This document shows, piece by piece, positions 26,701-41,700 of a stretch of 64,000 bases of DNA (position 1 is its first letter; every line of letters starts with the position of its first letter). The position numbers and the translations under genes are program-made. The stretch covers positions 4,712,001-4,776,000 of the forward strand of contig NC_134029.1 in assembly GCF_964204645.1 (NCBI RefSeq). The letters run 5' to 3'. The notes beneath the pieces were generated by a model. That model worked only from the letters and a program-made list of their open reading frames with translations, searched no databases and was not told the DNA's origin. Source of the stretch: Tubulanus polymorphus (taxonomy: Eukaryota; Animalia; Nemertea).

Positions 26701-29700
26701 ATGCTCAGCGAACCTGAAATAAACAAAGATTTAAAAAGGATTTTTCAATACGTTGTGATAATGTAATAATATGCACGTTACTATTTGCTCTTTACAACGG
26801 TAGAGAAACTACTAGAAAATCTATCGATAAACCAAATTTTACCGCCCATATTCATTATTATTGACTGATCACGAAACCATCGACCATTCTACAGCCTGCG
26901 GGCAGAAAACATTCTTAAAACTCGTCATCGATGATAGAATTCAAATTTACTAGCAATCGTGCAATCATGCGCCTGTTATAGCTCATCAAACAAAGAGAAA
27001 TATATTCGAATTGCGAAATCGCTTTAAACTATGTGTGGAAAATGGTAGAAAGTAGGTTTTCCTCGCCTCTTTAAACCGTATAAGCTTATGTCGAGGTATA
27101 TAGAGAGTCCCACGCTAGTAAAACGAGGAAGATGAAATCCGAAAAGTTTCCGCCGAGCTAATGATGTATTGATTCAACGTTTCGACTATAACCTAATAGT
27201 CATCCTATATCCGAAACGTTGAATCGATAAATGGTTAGCTTGAAGGAAACTTTTCAAACTTCATCTTCCTCGTTTTATTGCGGGATTCTCTATATATCGT
27301 ACAACACGGAATGGTGTTTCACCAATGGTTATTACGTCGAGGTACAAAAAATTGCGAATTTAATGTGAATACAAACACAATGACGACGGTCGATTGATTA
27401 TTGAAAATCTGTATTTTGCCTAAGGACAACAGATAACAAAACATACTACTCTCTCCATCCCGCTCGCTCTCTCCCCTCTCACTCCCCTCTCCGTCTATCC
27501 CTATAGCAGAGCGGTAAAAACGCTTTCGTATTATTGAATATTCAGACATGTGATTTTCCTATGAATATTCCGCTGATTGCAATAACTGACATTTTCAAGC
27601 CCGAGGACTTTCTACCCGGTGTATGAGGTATGATGCATTTTGATACCGAATGAAAACGCCTCGAAACGATTGTCATCGAATCCGGTTCTACGCGAATGTA
27701 CGTAACGATCGGGCATGAATAAAACTCCGTAATATTTTATGTTTTTTTTTTTCGCCTCATCATGTTCGCGTTTACGTCATAATTTCTGCCCCGTGAACGA
27801 CCTGATTTTTGTATAGAATTGCTTCGATTTCGATTAGAAAAATTCACTCTGAAATTAGGCTCATTCTTTTAAAACGAGATTTAGTTCAGGTGTCATAACT
27901 ACATAATTAAAGGAAATGATGTCGTGCGAATAGCTGTTTTCAGTGCTAGGCTAGCAATCCGATCTGATGTGACTAAAACCCTCCATCAGTGTTCAAATTA
28001 CCCGACATCATCGTCAGAACACTAATTAATAATTCCAACATCTTAAATCAAGCACGCTTCTATACGTTAACGTCGTAGCAATTAGCCTAGTTGCGTGTTA
28101 GAGCGCGTATAGCTTAGCTCGGATGTCGTGTCCTCCGCTGCGGGTTCACCGCAGTGCCCTTCAGCGCCGCGGTCATTCTATCAGTAATTATCTCATTTAT
28201 CAACAAATCGTGCGTCAAAATGCTTTCAAAGATTTCGTGCATGTACTGAATTATGAAGCAAATGATTTTCAATCTCAAAAACTATATTCCTATGTATTTT
28301 ACATTAAATCTGCTGTGGTAGAACTGTTTATATTTTCGCGTGACGCTGACTTTTACTTTGTTTGCAATTTTACCTGAATCATTCATGTGTATGTTACTTT
28401 TTCCTTTTATCAATCAATGCCTGTATTTTTAACCCCTTTTCGTGTGCGCTTTACTTACAGAATTCGCCTTCCAGCATCTTGCGTAGAGCATAATTAACGA
28501 TATCATATTCGTGTTTTCTTTTCATGTCATCATGATTGTCGGACGAAATATGTAAAATCTTTAAAGAAAAATCTGCTCATTAATTATTTGTATATATAAC
28601 TTGACGATATTTGATGTAAGAATCTGACGCATTTGTATTGCAGTGCCACAGGCGCCTTCGTTCCCGCGTACAGTTCCCAAGACGAACAGTCTTCCTCACG
28701 GCAACAACAGAGCAATAAACAGCGGTGACATGAACAACCCGATACCGCCGCATCAACAACAGACCCATCTGTCTCCCCACAGCACGATGGACACGCGGAT
28801 GCCGCCGGAATATGAAAGTTTGAATTCGCTGAATCGTTCGGATCACAAGTCAGATCATTATCAACAGGCGCCACAGCAGCCATTACCTCAACATTTACCA
28901 CCGACTGAGAGGTTAGTACTTAACCTGTCTAAATTTCAGGTCTAACCATTTTAGTGCGCCTTGTAGAATGAACAACCCTTCGCTAGATTGTGGAGTGTAG
29001 AAATCTTTCATAAATGGAAGTTTAGGCCCTTTCCTGCCTTTACTCCGAATGTTCAAGGAAAAGCTAGAAGCCACCTTCTATCGCTTCTAAATTCGTGAAC
29101 TTGCTTAAGTATATTGTTGGGTGTCCATAGGCGACCTGTTAGTGTGGTAACTATTTTGATCAGCGTATTCAGTTTCACCCCGGTTTGCGAGATGTGATGA
29201 ATTATTAAATGAATTTTTAGCGCAGTAATTCAGTTCGTTATTGAAGAGTTTTAGTGAAATAATGTGGGCAGTAATTACTGGTTTTAATGAGTCGTCGAGT
29301 GCTGTCGAGTTGTGTAATGAGACTTGCTTCGTAAACGAACAACGAGCGAATTTCGAATAACACTAGAGATCGCTGCTCCCCGTCGCTCGAGAGCAGTATT
29401 TCACGTATTGCTACGCCACTCGTTTGCTCTTCGGTTACGATTGTGAAGTATTGGGAAAGGGACGATTTTTGTCAAGCGTAGAGAGATGCATAAAAATTTG
29501 TCGTACGTTGCAGAAGTCGGCAGTCGGTGCAAACCTACGAGAGTCACGATATCGAACGATAAAAACAGCTGGCTTTTACGAGACACTCGCTTTAAAAGAT
29601 GCATTGCTTAAACCTCTTCGAAAATGCGTAAACAACTCAACCGATCTCATATTATGGTTAATGCATGTATGATATAGATTGATATATGTCAAATGCGACG

Positions 29701-32700
29701 CCCTTTATAAAGCCCTCCTTGTAAGGAACTAATGGTTCACTATTCCATCCACACATAAAACTAGAAGCAAAGAAAAAGCGTTGATTTTGACTTTATTTTC
29801 TTTTCAATATGTATAAACAAGGCGTCGTGTGCTCAAAATGATCGTGTTATTGTATTTTTTTTCTTGTTTTGTCTAAGGCTGCAAGGTCAACAATATACAT
29901 ATCCGTCCATGGTCATACCGAATCCGAGCGTACCTGTACCATCATATAGTCCCGTGCAAAATGACTTCCGACACTACTCCAAGTTTACGAACGCCAGCTA
30001 CAGAGTTAAGAAACAAATCAAACAGAAATGCAGCTGGAGATGTACGGGAATTATTCTACTGTTACTGTTGGTCGTCATGGCGGCGTGTTTGGCGTATCTT
30101 ACAGGTAAGAAAATTCCAATTGAATAATTCAAACGCGAAATGCGCCCTATTTCTAGTAGAGACGTTTTGTCTTGATACCTGTTGTATTGTCAAATGAAAT
30201 CTCGCCGCCGAATGACGTGTTGACGAAAAGGTTTCTAATATTTCCTTCAAAGCGAATCGAAAAATGGGCGCATCGCGGATGAAAAGAAATCTTAATCTTT
30301 CTGAATGCGTTCTCCGCCGCTGCAAGCAATTTCGTCAATCCTTCTGAGAAAAAAAAAGATTTCCGAATTGCTTTAGGTTCTTAAACGAGCATTGCTATCT
30401 ACGCGATTGAAAGTTTATCCGATAGTCGCCGAGTTCGATACTACACAAAATGACTATGCTAGATGAGACGGAGGCGCGCTTTGATTGCCGAGTTACAGAA
30501 ACTTGTTGACGCTACTCGTGTTGATGGTAGTTACTGTTGGCGTCACGCGGGTTACTTATTTTTTTTCGTCCGCTCGTCGCGTCTGAGACGAGTTCGTGTC
30601 AAGTGGCTACGGAACTAACTAGTGACGTCCTTTCCCTGGAGATCTACTTCACTGCTACGTAATTATCGTGAAGTGTGTACGATTTCTGAAGCAACAGCGG
30701 GAGTTATCAGTTTACAGAAAATCGACCTCCGCTCGCCGCTACCTTGCTCTCATATTCTATTCGCATCCGTCGGAAAAAAGGCGACTCACGCCTACTGAAC
30801 TCGTCGTTTCCCGATTGAATCGAGGCCGAAATAAAGCTGCTTAACAGTTGAAATAATGATCAATTTACCCGGACATAGAGAATTCCACGCTATAATATAA
30901 CGACAAAGAAGACGCCCGAAAAGTTTCCTTAAAGCTAATAATTTAATGACTCGCGTTTCGACGATAACTCAATAGTCATCTTTTGAAATGAAGATGTGAT
31001 AGTCAGTTATTCTCTGTATATCGTCACAACACGGACATAGTGTTTCATCAACGGTTTCCAATGTCCCCTTATGATGAACCTTATTGAGAAGGCTTAGAAC
31101 TTCGGAGATAATGAAAGAATTCACTAAAAAGTCTTGTTGGTTGTCGTTCCGTGGACAAGAGCGAGTGATTGCGGCGTTACGGCCACCATACATTTCAATT
31201 ACCCCTACGCGATTAGATTCAATCAAGCGGATTATGTGGGTGGGCTGCAGTCGCTTCTTGACCAGCGCCGACTTTTTGTTCAGCGTTATCTCGTTTTCAC
31301 TGAGCGGAAGTCGACTAATGAAGTCGCGCTGTGCATCCTGGGGCTCGGTGCGCGGTACGCATGGCTGGCAGGCGACGTATTTGATATATCGCGGTAGTCG
31401 ACACGAAAAGGGCCCGGAAAAAAAGAAAAAATGATATAGTTAGCGTATTTTGCGATTTCTCGTGTCATCCGAGCATCAGGTGTCTTGTCAGTCATTGTCG
31501 ATAGACAACTTCAGTGCAGTGCTGTAGTAATTAGGTTTCCTGTCCTGTTCCCTCGCCCCACTTCAGTTGGCGCCGCCGGTTAATTCCGCGACTACTCATA
31601 CTACTACTCACACCTGATGATTCGAACGCGTCGCTATACAGAGAATCGTTAATGATTTTCTTTCCGCGACGGACGACGACGGACGCGCATCGTATTTTTT
31701 CCTGGCTTATTAATTCTTTTCGCCGGCTGCACAAATGATTACATCGGAAGGAATGGAAACGTACGGGATTCTCAAGGTCGAGGCGAAATGGCTTCGCTCA
31801 CGATATAGATGATTATACCGTCGTTATGTTTATCTATGTTGTCACGATGAGCGGAGACCTCCCGAGACCCCACTCAGCGATTGATGCCAGGGTGGATCCG
31901 CAGGAACTTATGAAATGAGCTCCCCAGGCCATGTTGTATATACATGTTCAGCGAGCGCTGTAGGACGCCTCTTATCGGGATTTGGGAAATTTTAGAGAGT
32001 TCAAGTGAAATGAATAGTTTTTCTGAGCATCTAAAATTATTCCAAAACAAAATGCCCAGTAATACTATTTGTTTCTGTACCTTTATTAAGACAAGTTGTG
32101 AAAGTGTAATCTCGGCAAAAGATAAGGGAGCCCTCTGAATCTGCCCTTGAATCTGAAGTTGCCGAACAGTCTCAACGTCCAGATCCTTTACGTTAAAAGC
32201 TTACAAATAACAAGCGATTTTACGACAAAGTTCGAAATCTGTAGATTTAAAGCGCGTTATGTCACAGCACACCTCTGTGAGTATGGTATCGTTGTACTAT
32301 CTCTAGGTTTAGAGTTCATGGTTGACCCATGTCACAGTCAATATGGCGTCGATCGGTCTATTGTGACTGTTCCGACTAGCGCTACTTCTTCTCATATTAA
32401 AAAAAACCGATCCGCACTATTGTTCATAGAGGTATTACCTTCTCAAAGCCCTCTCTTCCCCGGAGGCAACGTTTGATCATTATTGACCAATAGTATCAAC
32501 GTCAAACACGAAACAATGGCTATTATTACGTCGTGATGAGATTCTGATAATTTGAGCTGGTCACGCGCGGCCCATTATCATCCACCTAGCTGAGAGGGGA
32601 GCAGAGGGAAGGGGAGGGGGTATTATACCCCTCGGGCGATTAGGGCCGATGTTTATTTAGATGATTAACGAGAGTCATCGACATCGATTCTGTGATTATT

Positions 32701-35700
32701 TACAATTAACCCGCGGTACTAAGTGATCAATACTCGGGATATGACTGGACAATCGTTAGCTGGTGTATGACGATGATAATCACGCCGTCTTTCCAGATAT
32801 CTGTCGATAATAACACAAGTCATTCATATTAGACCGTTCCCAAGACATGGCCCTAGATTTGACCCGGATGAAACCGGGGGCCCAGACCCAAATTTGGCCC
32901 GTGCCTTAAAAGAGAACGCGTCCACGCGTAAGTTATTGACTTGATACTTAAGTGCTCTCAAAACGATGCTACGGCTAGGGAGTCATTTCCAAAACAAGGT
33001 AGCATTCACACGGAATTTGTCCCATACTAAAAAGTTCGCCACGAGCCTGGTACAATGGGTTCACGGTAATAATGCCAGAGGTGATAATGCCAGAAGTAAA
33101 AATGCCAGAGGTAAAAATGCCAGAGGAAATATTGCCAGAAGGGTAAATTGATTCAATGATTATAAGAAACAAGTGTATCAAAACTTAAAAACTTTTCATC
33201 GAATTGTTGCTTTGACGTAATGAATTACAGCAAACTATATTGGTCAGGCCAAATTTGTCCCGTTTCAAAATGCACAGACCCATTCGTTGTCAGCGCAAAC
33301 GGTTGGCTTGGCCCTGATATGGCACGGGGGTGTTGGGTAATCTCCGGATGTGTGATTAGTTTTCTTTCTCCTGGATTTCAAAAGTCGTTCGTTTTAACAC
33401 GTTTTCCCTTGTACATTGTTCGTGTTGTCGTCTGCGCCTATTTCTCCCGTGGTGATCAGCGTTATTTCCTAATGCTTTGTATCCCTTGTATGTTAATCTT
33501 TTACCGAACAATGGATGGATACGATTTTCAAAAAGACGCTTTGATTGATTTATCCCTCTGTTCGTCATCGTATGACGTGACTAACATCACAATTATGATT
33601 TTCAATCTTTGAAATACGATCACCATTGTTTACGGTTTAAAGCACGCGAAGGGACTCGAATGTCGATAGATTAGGCCATGAAAATGATGTAAAAAAGAAC
33701 CTTCTTTGTCGATACGGGAAAAATATCTCGCGAAATCATTGCATATTCAAGGTGATCGATATCAGATTGATTCGTCTGTGGTTTTTTTTTCTGCCCTTTA
33801 TTTCGAGCAGACGTGGAACTTATAACGATGAAGGGTGCCCCGTGGAGCGTGTGCCTCTTTCCACAAGGTTAAGTAATTTTAAATTATCGCGGAACGCAAC
33901 GTCAAAACGCAGAAATATAACAGTCGGCCTGATATTTCAATGGTCCCGCGAGACTCGACTATCTGCTGTTCATCCGCCGCTCGCTGCGACGGATTTAAAG
34001 GTGATTTCGTCTTCGGAAAATCGTTGCATATCGAATAAAGAAAAAAAAAACGTTTCATCCTCTTACGACATCGGCAGCGATTAATATCAATGAGGCGTTT
34101 TGTTATTTTACGGTAAGAGCGTTCGGGATGATCTACACAGCGTCCTCTGCTGTCTCGCCGGATGTCCAGTCATCGGCTCGGGAATGCTTCCTATATGTTC
34201 CTCGTCCTGAACAAATACGAGACGAATTCGATAATACTAAAACCGGAGGTAAACGGATGAATCAAACTTCCTTCGATCTCGGCAATTATTCCTTCTAAAA
34301 AGAGTTTTGATATACGTCTGGCGGTGATCCGTTATTACTGCAAAGTGACGTAATTGATTTTCCTAAGTGATCCGACCGTTTAAACGAAAGGCGGCCGACT
34401 TTAATCGGGTCACGAATTCCTTGTAGAAATGTCTCGTGAGTAAACCCCGTCTTGTTTTGAATGAATTGTCTAGAATTACGTATTTTATCAAACCGTTTGA
34501 AAATGTTGCATGGAAAAACTCTTAGGTGAAGATGTTTTTCGGGGCACCAGTATCGATTCGATGCGCGTGTTACGTGAAAATCACAAGAAACCTGATTGGA
34601 AAATAATGCATACTCGCTTTTACAAAGCGATGACATATACGTGAAGAACAATGGACCAGAACCCTGAGTCTGGGAATATCGACATCTGGGTGATAATCAG
34701 GATCACTCAAAGATTAATCAATTGGACTTCAATTAGTTTGAACAATGGCACAATCGACCGCGACACCTATTTACCAAAAGATTGTTTCAGGATCGCAGGA
34801 TTTCTTTATAGTTTCTTGCCCAAAGGTCGATTTACAGTGGGCAGTTTTCCGCTTCATTTCCGCAAAATGTTTCGCCGCGATGAGGTCAGCGTCGCTTACA
34901 AATCTGTTAATCATACTCCTGAGGTCGCTGAAATTCATTATCTACTGCAAAATAACTGCTGAAGTTGAAACATCCCCTCAGAAAGTCCATAGATCTATTT
35001 CAAAATCTGACTGGTTATTACGAATTGTATCTAAGACTTTCTGATATGGCTTATCAATCATGCCAAAAAGTTCATTGAACGAAGCATGACATTCTTTTAT
35101 TCGCTTTGGATTGTCAATGAAATTATTCGAAAAGCCATACAGTGAAGTGGATGCATTGGCGGTATTACAGGATGGAGTTTGTTAGGTTTTGCCGATACCT
35201 CGTGTCGGCTCGATCTGTGAAGTGGCCGCGGACAGTGAAGATGGTTTGCGAAACCGTGATTGTTATTGAATTGCGTTAGCGGAGACAATAGCTGAGTCAC
35301 TGTCGACGTTATTAAGGACAGTTTGCGTGAACATCACAGAAATGGTCATCCTGTCGATATCACTTAGGTTTACATTGATCGACAGCTAACTGGCGTGTAG
35401 ACTTCAAATAACCCGAGATGACCTTTGATCAGAAACAATGACTGCGCGATGACTGCTAGTGGCAGAAAAATGCAGGAAATAATGTAATTTCCCAGGCCTT
35501 CATTACAGTTTCTTTTGTGTGTCATACCAGCGGTGATTATGATAACCCTTGCTCTGTAGTAACTCACATTTCACAACTTACACAAACCCAGTGTCCATGT
35601 TCCCATACTGTCCTTTGTCGTTGTTGACACCGGTAAAGTTCGGTTTCGTTTTTCCTCGTGTTTTCGATAATCAAAATGTTAAGAACTCAACTGATAACCC

Positions 35701-38700
35701 TACACTTCTATTGTCATTCATTCAGATTAACTTCTTTTATGGCTTCATCGTATGATTCTCCCCACCCACTAACAGTGTAGGTTGTAGCCGAGTATGATAT
35801 GATTGAATTTTATCACCTCCGTGGGTTTCGCCTCTTCGATTCGTCGACTTTTTCAAAGAAATCGTCATCCGTCTTATTCAAATTACGGGGTCGATTTTTC
35901 GTGCACTGTGGTCGTGGGAACTCCCTGTTTCCTTCCTCGGCGTAGATTCGAACCTGGTGGCGTCGCGAGACTCTGCCACGGCACGAAACCCTGTATGCGC
36001 TTAAATACACCCAGTACGTAACTACTCACGGAGCTTAGCTACAGGAAAGTTACGTCACCAAAAAGAATGCCGAACCGACGGTATCATGTTCGAATCCCCG
36101 CCAAGGGAAGTTCCTGCGTTGTTTGTTAGCTTCAATTGAACGTTAAGCTAACTAAGAAATGCTAAACCTAGGCCTGGGCTGTTTGATGTCATAATTGCTA
36201 TTAATAGTTCTATCATATCACGCACGTAGATTTCCCTCAAATCTCAGTAACTATGTTTACAATATCGAGTCACCGACATAGTGGAGCCTGCAGCAAAGGT
36301 GTTTCTCGTGTGCCAACGTGATTCCAGTTTTAAAATAATTCAAATCGATTTTGATATGAAGTTTACCTGCGATCGGATATATAAAAATCATGTCTGTCTC
36401 AGTCTGTAGGAATACACACGTTCAATAATAATATTTCCATTTCAGCGCTTTCGTTTCTGGACAGAGGAACCCGGCGACCTATCACCGATGACTTGAACAT
36501 GACAATTATCAAATTGATATCGAAAGGTAAGCGGCAGTGCTTTAGGACTTGGCGCCTTGAATAGCGAGATAAACCGTCGATTGTGAAAAGAGATGCAAAA
36601 AATGTAGAGTTCGATCTTTGTGTTGGTGAAAGAAGTAGACGAAGACCGATAATTCAAATTTACATCCACAAGACAATTAAGCTTTTTACAGACGAAGCTT
36701 AATAGTCGCCTCGAACGGGTAGAGCTGAATTTATATTTGAATTTTACGGAATTGGTACATCATGAGACTCAGTTTTATGGGTACCTCTGGTATCTGCGTA
36801 TCGTTTTATGCGGCTGCTGCTGCTGCTGCTGCTGCGTAGGCGATCTACTGTAGGTGCATTCCCAGGAGATAATTATTACATTATTGTAAAAGCCGCCGTT
36901 CTCTGATAATCAAGTTTGTACTACGAGTATGAGCGTGCATTCGTAATGAAGATAGGTCCAATTTTTTGCAATGTGTTTTGCCTCGATATACGGAAGCCAC
37001 AGAAACCTCGGTAACGTCATTTTAAAAATTGCTTTAAAAATTACTACGGATCGGCCGCTCGTGATTCGACCAAAAACATCACATTTTAAAGTTAGCTCTA
37101 TTTGCTTCTCCCATCAACCTGTTATCAAGACACTTTTTCCGTATTCATTTCAAGACTCTATGCTGGAAATCCTCGAAGAATAATGAAAAAAGATATTTCT
37201 ATCTTCGCCCGGTTCCCTTTTCATTAAAAGATCGTACTCCCAAGTCATTAGAAAAAAAAACATTCCCTATACTGATAAAATAAAGCAAACTGTTGTCACA
37301 ATTTCTTCAGTTTCGATTATTAATCTATATATGGAATTTCTTCCAGGTGCTAACTCGCCGAAGGGTAAACCAGTACAGTTCGAGTTGGAGCGCTATAACG
37401 AACGAACCCTGCCACCGTTTTCATTCTGGAGATCGAAACTGTACATGCCGCGGCCGAACTTCGTCAAATTTAATTTCTCCGTACCGGGCTACGCGGTGAT
37501 CGGAGTCTACGGACGTAAGAACCTACCCCCGACTCATACGCAGTTCGATTTTTTCGAAGTGTTCGACGGCAAAACGATCAAAGACCGATACAAACGAGAA
37601 GTTGGGAAGGTAATTGTCATTTTTGAAAACAGCGACGAAATTGGGCCGAGTTTTTCCGAGTCGAACTGATGTTATGAAATGTGCTGTCCGATTATATACC
37701 CAAAAATACGCGAAAAAAATCAATGAACTTCGTGATACAACGCAAGAAGTGCCTTTTAGAATTTAGAATTTTTTTAGAATACTTACAATACTTCAGGCGC
37801 ATCCGAAACATCCCGTTTTTAACGGGTTTTTTTACAGAAAGATTTTAAGTTCAATTAGTCCTGACAATTCAATACTAATGAAGTTTTCGCTCATCTTTCA
37901 AATTGGAATTCTCACTTTTAATCGTAGGGATTAATTCAGTATCGATATTCGCAAATATTTAGTGATGTATTTATATTGAATTTTGCAGACACGATACATA
38001 AACCCGTTCAAAGAGACCGCATTTATACAGTTCCTCGAGGAAGGATCTTGGTACGTGTCGATTTACAACGACGGCCCGGATTCAAACAAGGTTTCATTCG
38101 CCGGATATATATACGGTAAGCATTAGTCAAGATTTCCGAATTGAAAAAAAAAATGATTCATCACCTTAATCCGTAGAAGTTGATCTGCATGCTTTGATTT
38201 AGAAGCGCTGAGATGAGTTCTCCAAATATTTATGAAAATTGAATTCTGAAATAAGCCTCGATTTCTTCAGAAGATAGCTCTCTACATTCTGCGTACTTCG
38301 CTTCCCTCGAAAAAATTGCTTAGAAAAGTAAATTAGTAAATTACTCTGATCCATTGTTGATATATCAATGCATCATCTTCGTTATTAAACCAGGCGTGTG
38401 ACAATCTATTTAGAAACTGACTTTTCCCCGTCGCCGAAGACGTTACAATAACTAACTGACATTTTGTTGTCGTCATCTTTTTTCTTGTTTATAATTTAGA
38501 TTTAATCTCTCTTCTAGAAACATTGTAATTCGATATACCTTATTTTAGTCACTGGCTGGAAGTAATTGCACGCGCTGGCCTTCTGGCGTTAGTGCATCAA
38601 CGCGTTTTATCTAATCAAGTACTTTTTTGATTCGCTTTAGTTTCGCGCGGATGTTAATGTACTGCGCCGACGCGAGTAGAGATATTAGATACTACTTCAA

Positions 38701-41700
38701 TACTATACATACGCTTTGTTATAGGAATGCATTTCCAATATAGAACGTTCCAGAAATTCATTTCATCGAGTAGACCGATTTTGACATTTTTCTTCAGGCG
38801 TTTAAAATATGCGTAATCAATAAAACCGACATCATCGGTATGACAACCTTATACGTATTTATAAAGAGCATAAAATCTTTATGCATGTAATTATGGAATT
38901 ATAAAATGTCAATATTGTATATATTTGCATATGTAAATCAGTTGTCGTATTTCAATGTTCGATCTCGTTGACATTCATTGACTTATTTCCTGAAAAACAT
39001 TCGCATACCTTCAAGTTGTTTGTTGGTGTCTGTTGAATGTTTAACGTTCCTGCAGGGTTGGATCTATATAGGTATACCTATCAGTCTGTTCGCTCGTGTT
39101 GTACCCTGCAGTCTTTTTGACGATCTTTTTTCCTCGCAACTGTCAAAGCACTGGTAAAAAACTGATATCTATTTGAACGCATCACCTAAACTTTCTATTT
39201 TTGTAGAAATCGATTGGTATAATGATCCACCCCTGCTCTGACGAGTTCACAAATTTGCCAAATTCAAACTACTGCTAGATAGATTAGGGTATAGGGTATA
39301 TCCAGATTGATTTTCCTATGTTTTCTTCCTTTTTCTAAGAATAGATTTAATCTTTTAAGCTAACTGTTGTTTCAAAGCGGTGCTTCATCCGAGATTATTA
39401 CATCAGTTATGTCTAAAATGTGTTTTACCTACATTTTACTGATTATTCATTAATTTTGTAATAAATTCTATACGGGGCATACCATATCATTATTGAAACG
39501 ATATACATGTACAGATCCTTCGCGAGCGGCGACACACCAGACTGTACAAATATATCGAAACGCGCTCGAAATCAAACAGAAAATATCGTATAGTAATTTT
39601 TCGTTATTTGATTTTGTTTTGCAGATAAAATTGATACGAGTTGTCCAAACAACTGTAACGGCAAAGGAGAATGCATTGACGATAAGTGTCATTGTTTCCC
39701 TGGTTACGCTGGCTGGGAATGTGCACAAGGTAAGCACGATTTGAAAAAAAAATGTCTCCCCTATTGTTTGTCTGCAATCTAAATCATTGTATACGATAGC
39801 ATACGAAAGGAAATCGCAGTTTCCATTAAGTATGACTTGGCAGTAATTCATTTTGCTATATAGCGTGTGTTTTGGTATTATGTTCTGCTCTGGAAAAAAA
39901 TTGAATTTCATTTATTACGGCACTGCGGTGGTGGCAGCGACGCAAAGGTGATGGCTGCATATTTAATAGTTTCGAATGACATGTTTCAACCGTCAACTGG
40001 GAAATCGGATTGAATCCGTGTGAGTCACTGGCGACGAAGAAACATTAGTTAATGGAACACTTTTTTGCTTTTAAAAAGGACTATAACTGATATATCTTTA
40101 ATATAGTCAGCTCGGAAAAGCATGTCATTCTCTTGAGACTCGAGAGGCTCGGCAGGTTTTCATATCAGTGGAAGTATTCATCTGACATTGACACGTAACG
40201 TGATATCAACAAGCGGAGAATATCTATTATTAAATCCGCAATCGAAAATATGATATCGTGAGGATTGAGCATTGTTTTATTGAGAGATAGTCTATAAAAT
40301 GAAAATTTCTGGAATCATCACACTGTAAATAGAATTCACTTTATGTATATTTCAGAGACATGCCCGGTCCTTTGTACTGGTAATGGTGTCTACGTACGAG
40401 GCGCCTGTCAGTGTTTCAGCGGGTGGAAGGGTAAAGAATGTTCGACATCAGCCGATAGTTGCGAGGTTCCCAACTGTAACGGCAACGGCGTCTGCGAAAA
40501 GGGAAAATGCGTCTGTTCACCGGGATTCAAAGGCAAAGACTGCGAAGAAGGTAACCCAGTTTTCCTCTATCAAAAATACGGATTTTCTACGAAAAATAAA
40601 ATGCCAAAAGCGAGAACACCTTCTGAGCAACAAGTTGCATCTCTCGCAAACATTGACCTAATAATGTTCTTTGTTCAGTCGTCATGTTATAAGAATTATT
40701 ATTAGGATAATGATAAAAATGAATTGAAACGTAAATATACACGAGAATCCTCTTATTGTTATTTGAAGCTTAGATAAACTAGAGAAGATGTTGCTTGCTT
40801 TGTACGTGAATGCATTCTGATTGTTCTGAAATCTTATACGCTTCTTTCATCTCTACTTTAACAAAATAGTCGATTGTTTGATGCCGAACTGTTCGAATCA
40901 CGGCATGTGTATCGGTGGCCGGTGCAAATGTTTCAAAGGCTGGAAAGGTCAGGATTGCGAAACGAAAGAGGTGCAAGTCGTCTCGACGGCCGTTTGCCAT
41001 CGGAACTGTTCCGATCACGGTCAGTTCGATAAAGAATCGAAGAAGTGCGTCTGCGACAAAGGATGGACCGGCTCGGAATGCGAAGAAGGTACTGTACAGG
41101 CCTACGTTTAGTAATGAGGAAATCGTAATTTTTTCAAATGCAGTAAAAACCGTGCTTTGAGACTGAAGGATTTTGCTCCGACTCGGAAAATATCGGATTT
41201 CAAGCTTTTGAATTAAAGCTGTGGCTTCAAGGAGGAACAGCTCAATCTTTCATGTTTCGAGTTGCCTTATGAGACTGGGGAGAGAGGAAGCCTACTACAT
41301 GTCTCTCTACCTATTGTGATACATATCATAACGTGCCTCCCAGCAGCTAGTGGTTTTTCACAATCCTTTGATCATTTGGAAAATAAAAATGTTACGATAA
41401 AATCCGACTCAAGGACATAACTCAACTTAATTTGGAAATGAGATGAAAAACCTGACCCAACATTTTCCTCTGACTTACACCGATCTGACTAACACACAGT
41501 TTACTGCAATTTCATTTATCCGACTTCACACGGGATTTATTGTATTTCTATTTTGTATTGTATTTCTACAGAGGTTTGTTTGTTGGAGTGCGTGCACGGA
41601 AATTGCGAAAGTCGCCGCTGTCAATGCGACGAGGGTTGGTCCGGAGCGCTGTGCGATCAGTTGACCTGCGATCGTCGGTGTTACAACCACGGTTTCTGCG

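Noticed and set aside
33065-33139. CRISPR-like array
   Set aside because: The units are contiguous 15-mers with no unique spacers, there are no cas genes, and the context is eukaryotic.
13908-35800. Numerous 60-130 aa intronic ORFs from the ORF track
   Set aside because: Apart from the teneurin exons listed, they show no recognisable domains, splice consistency or codon bias.
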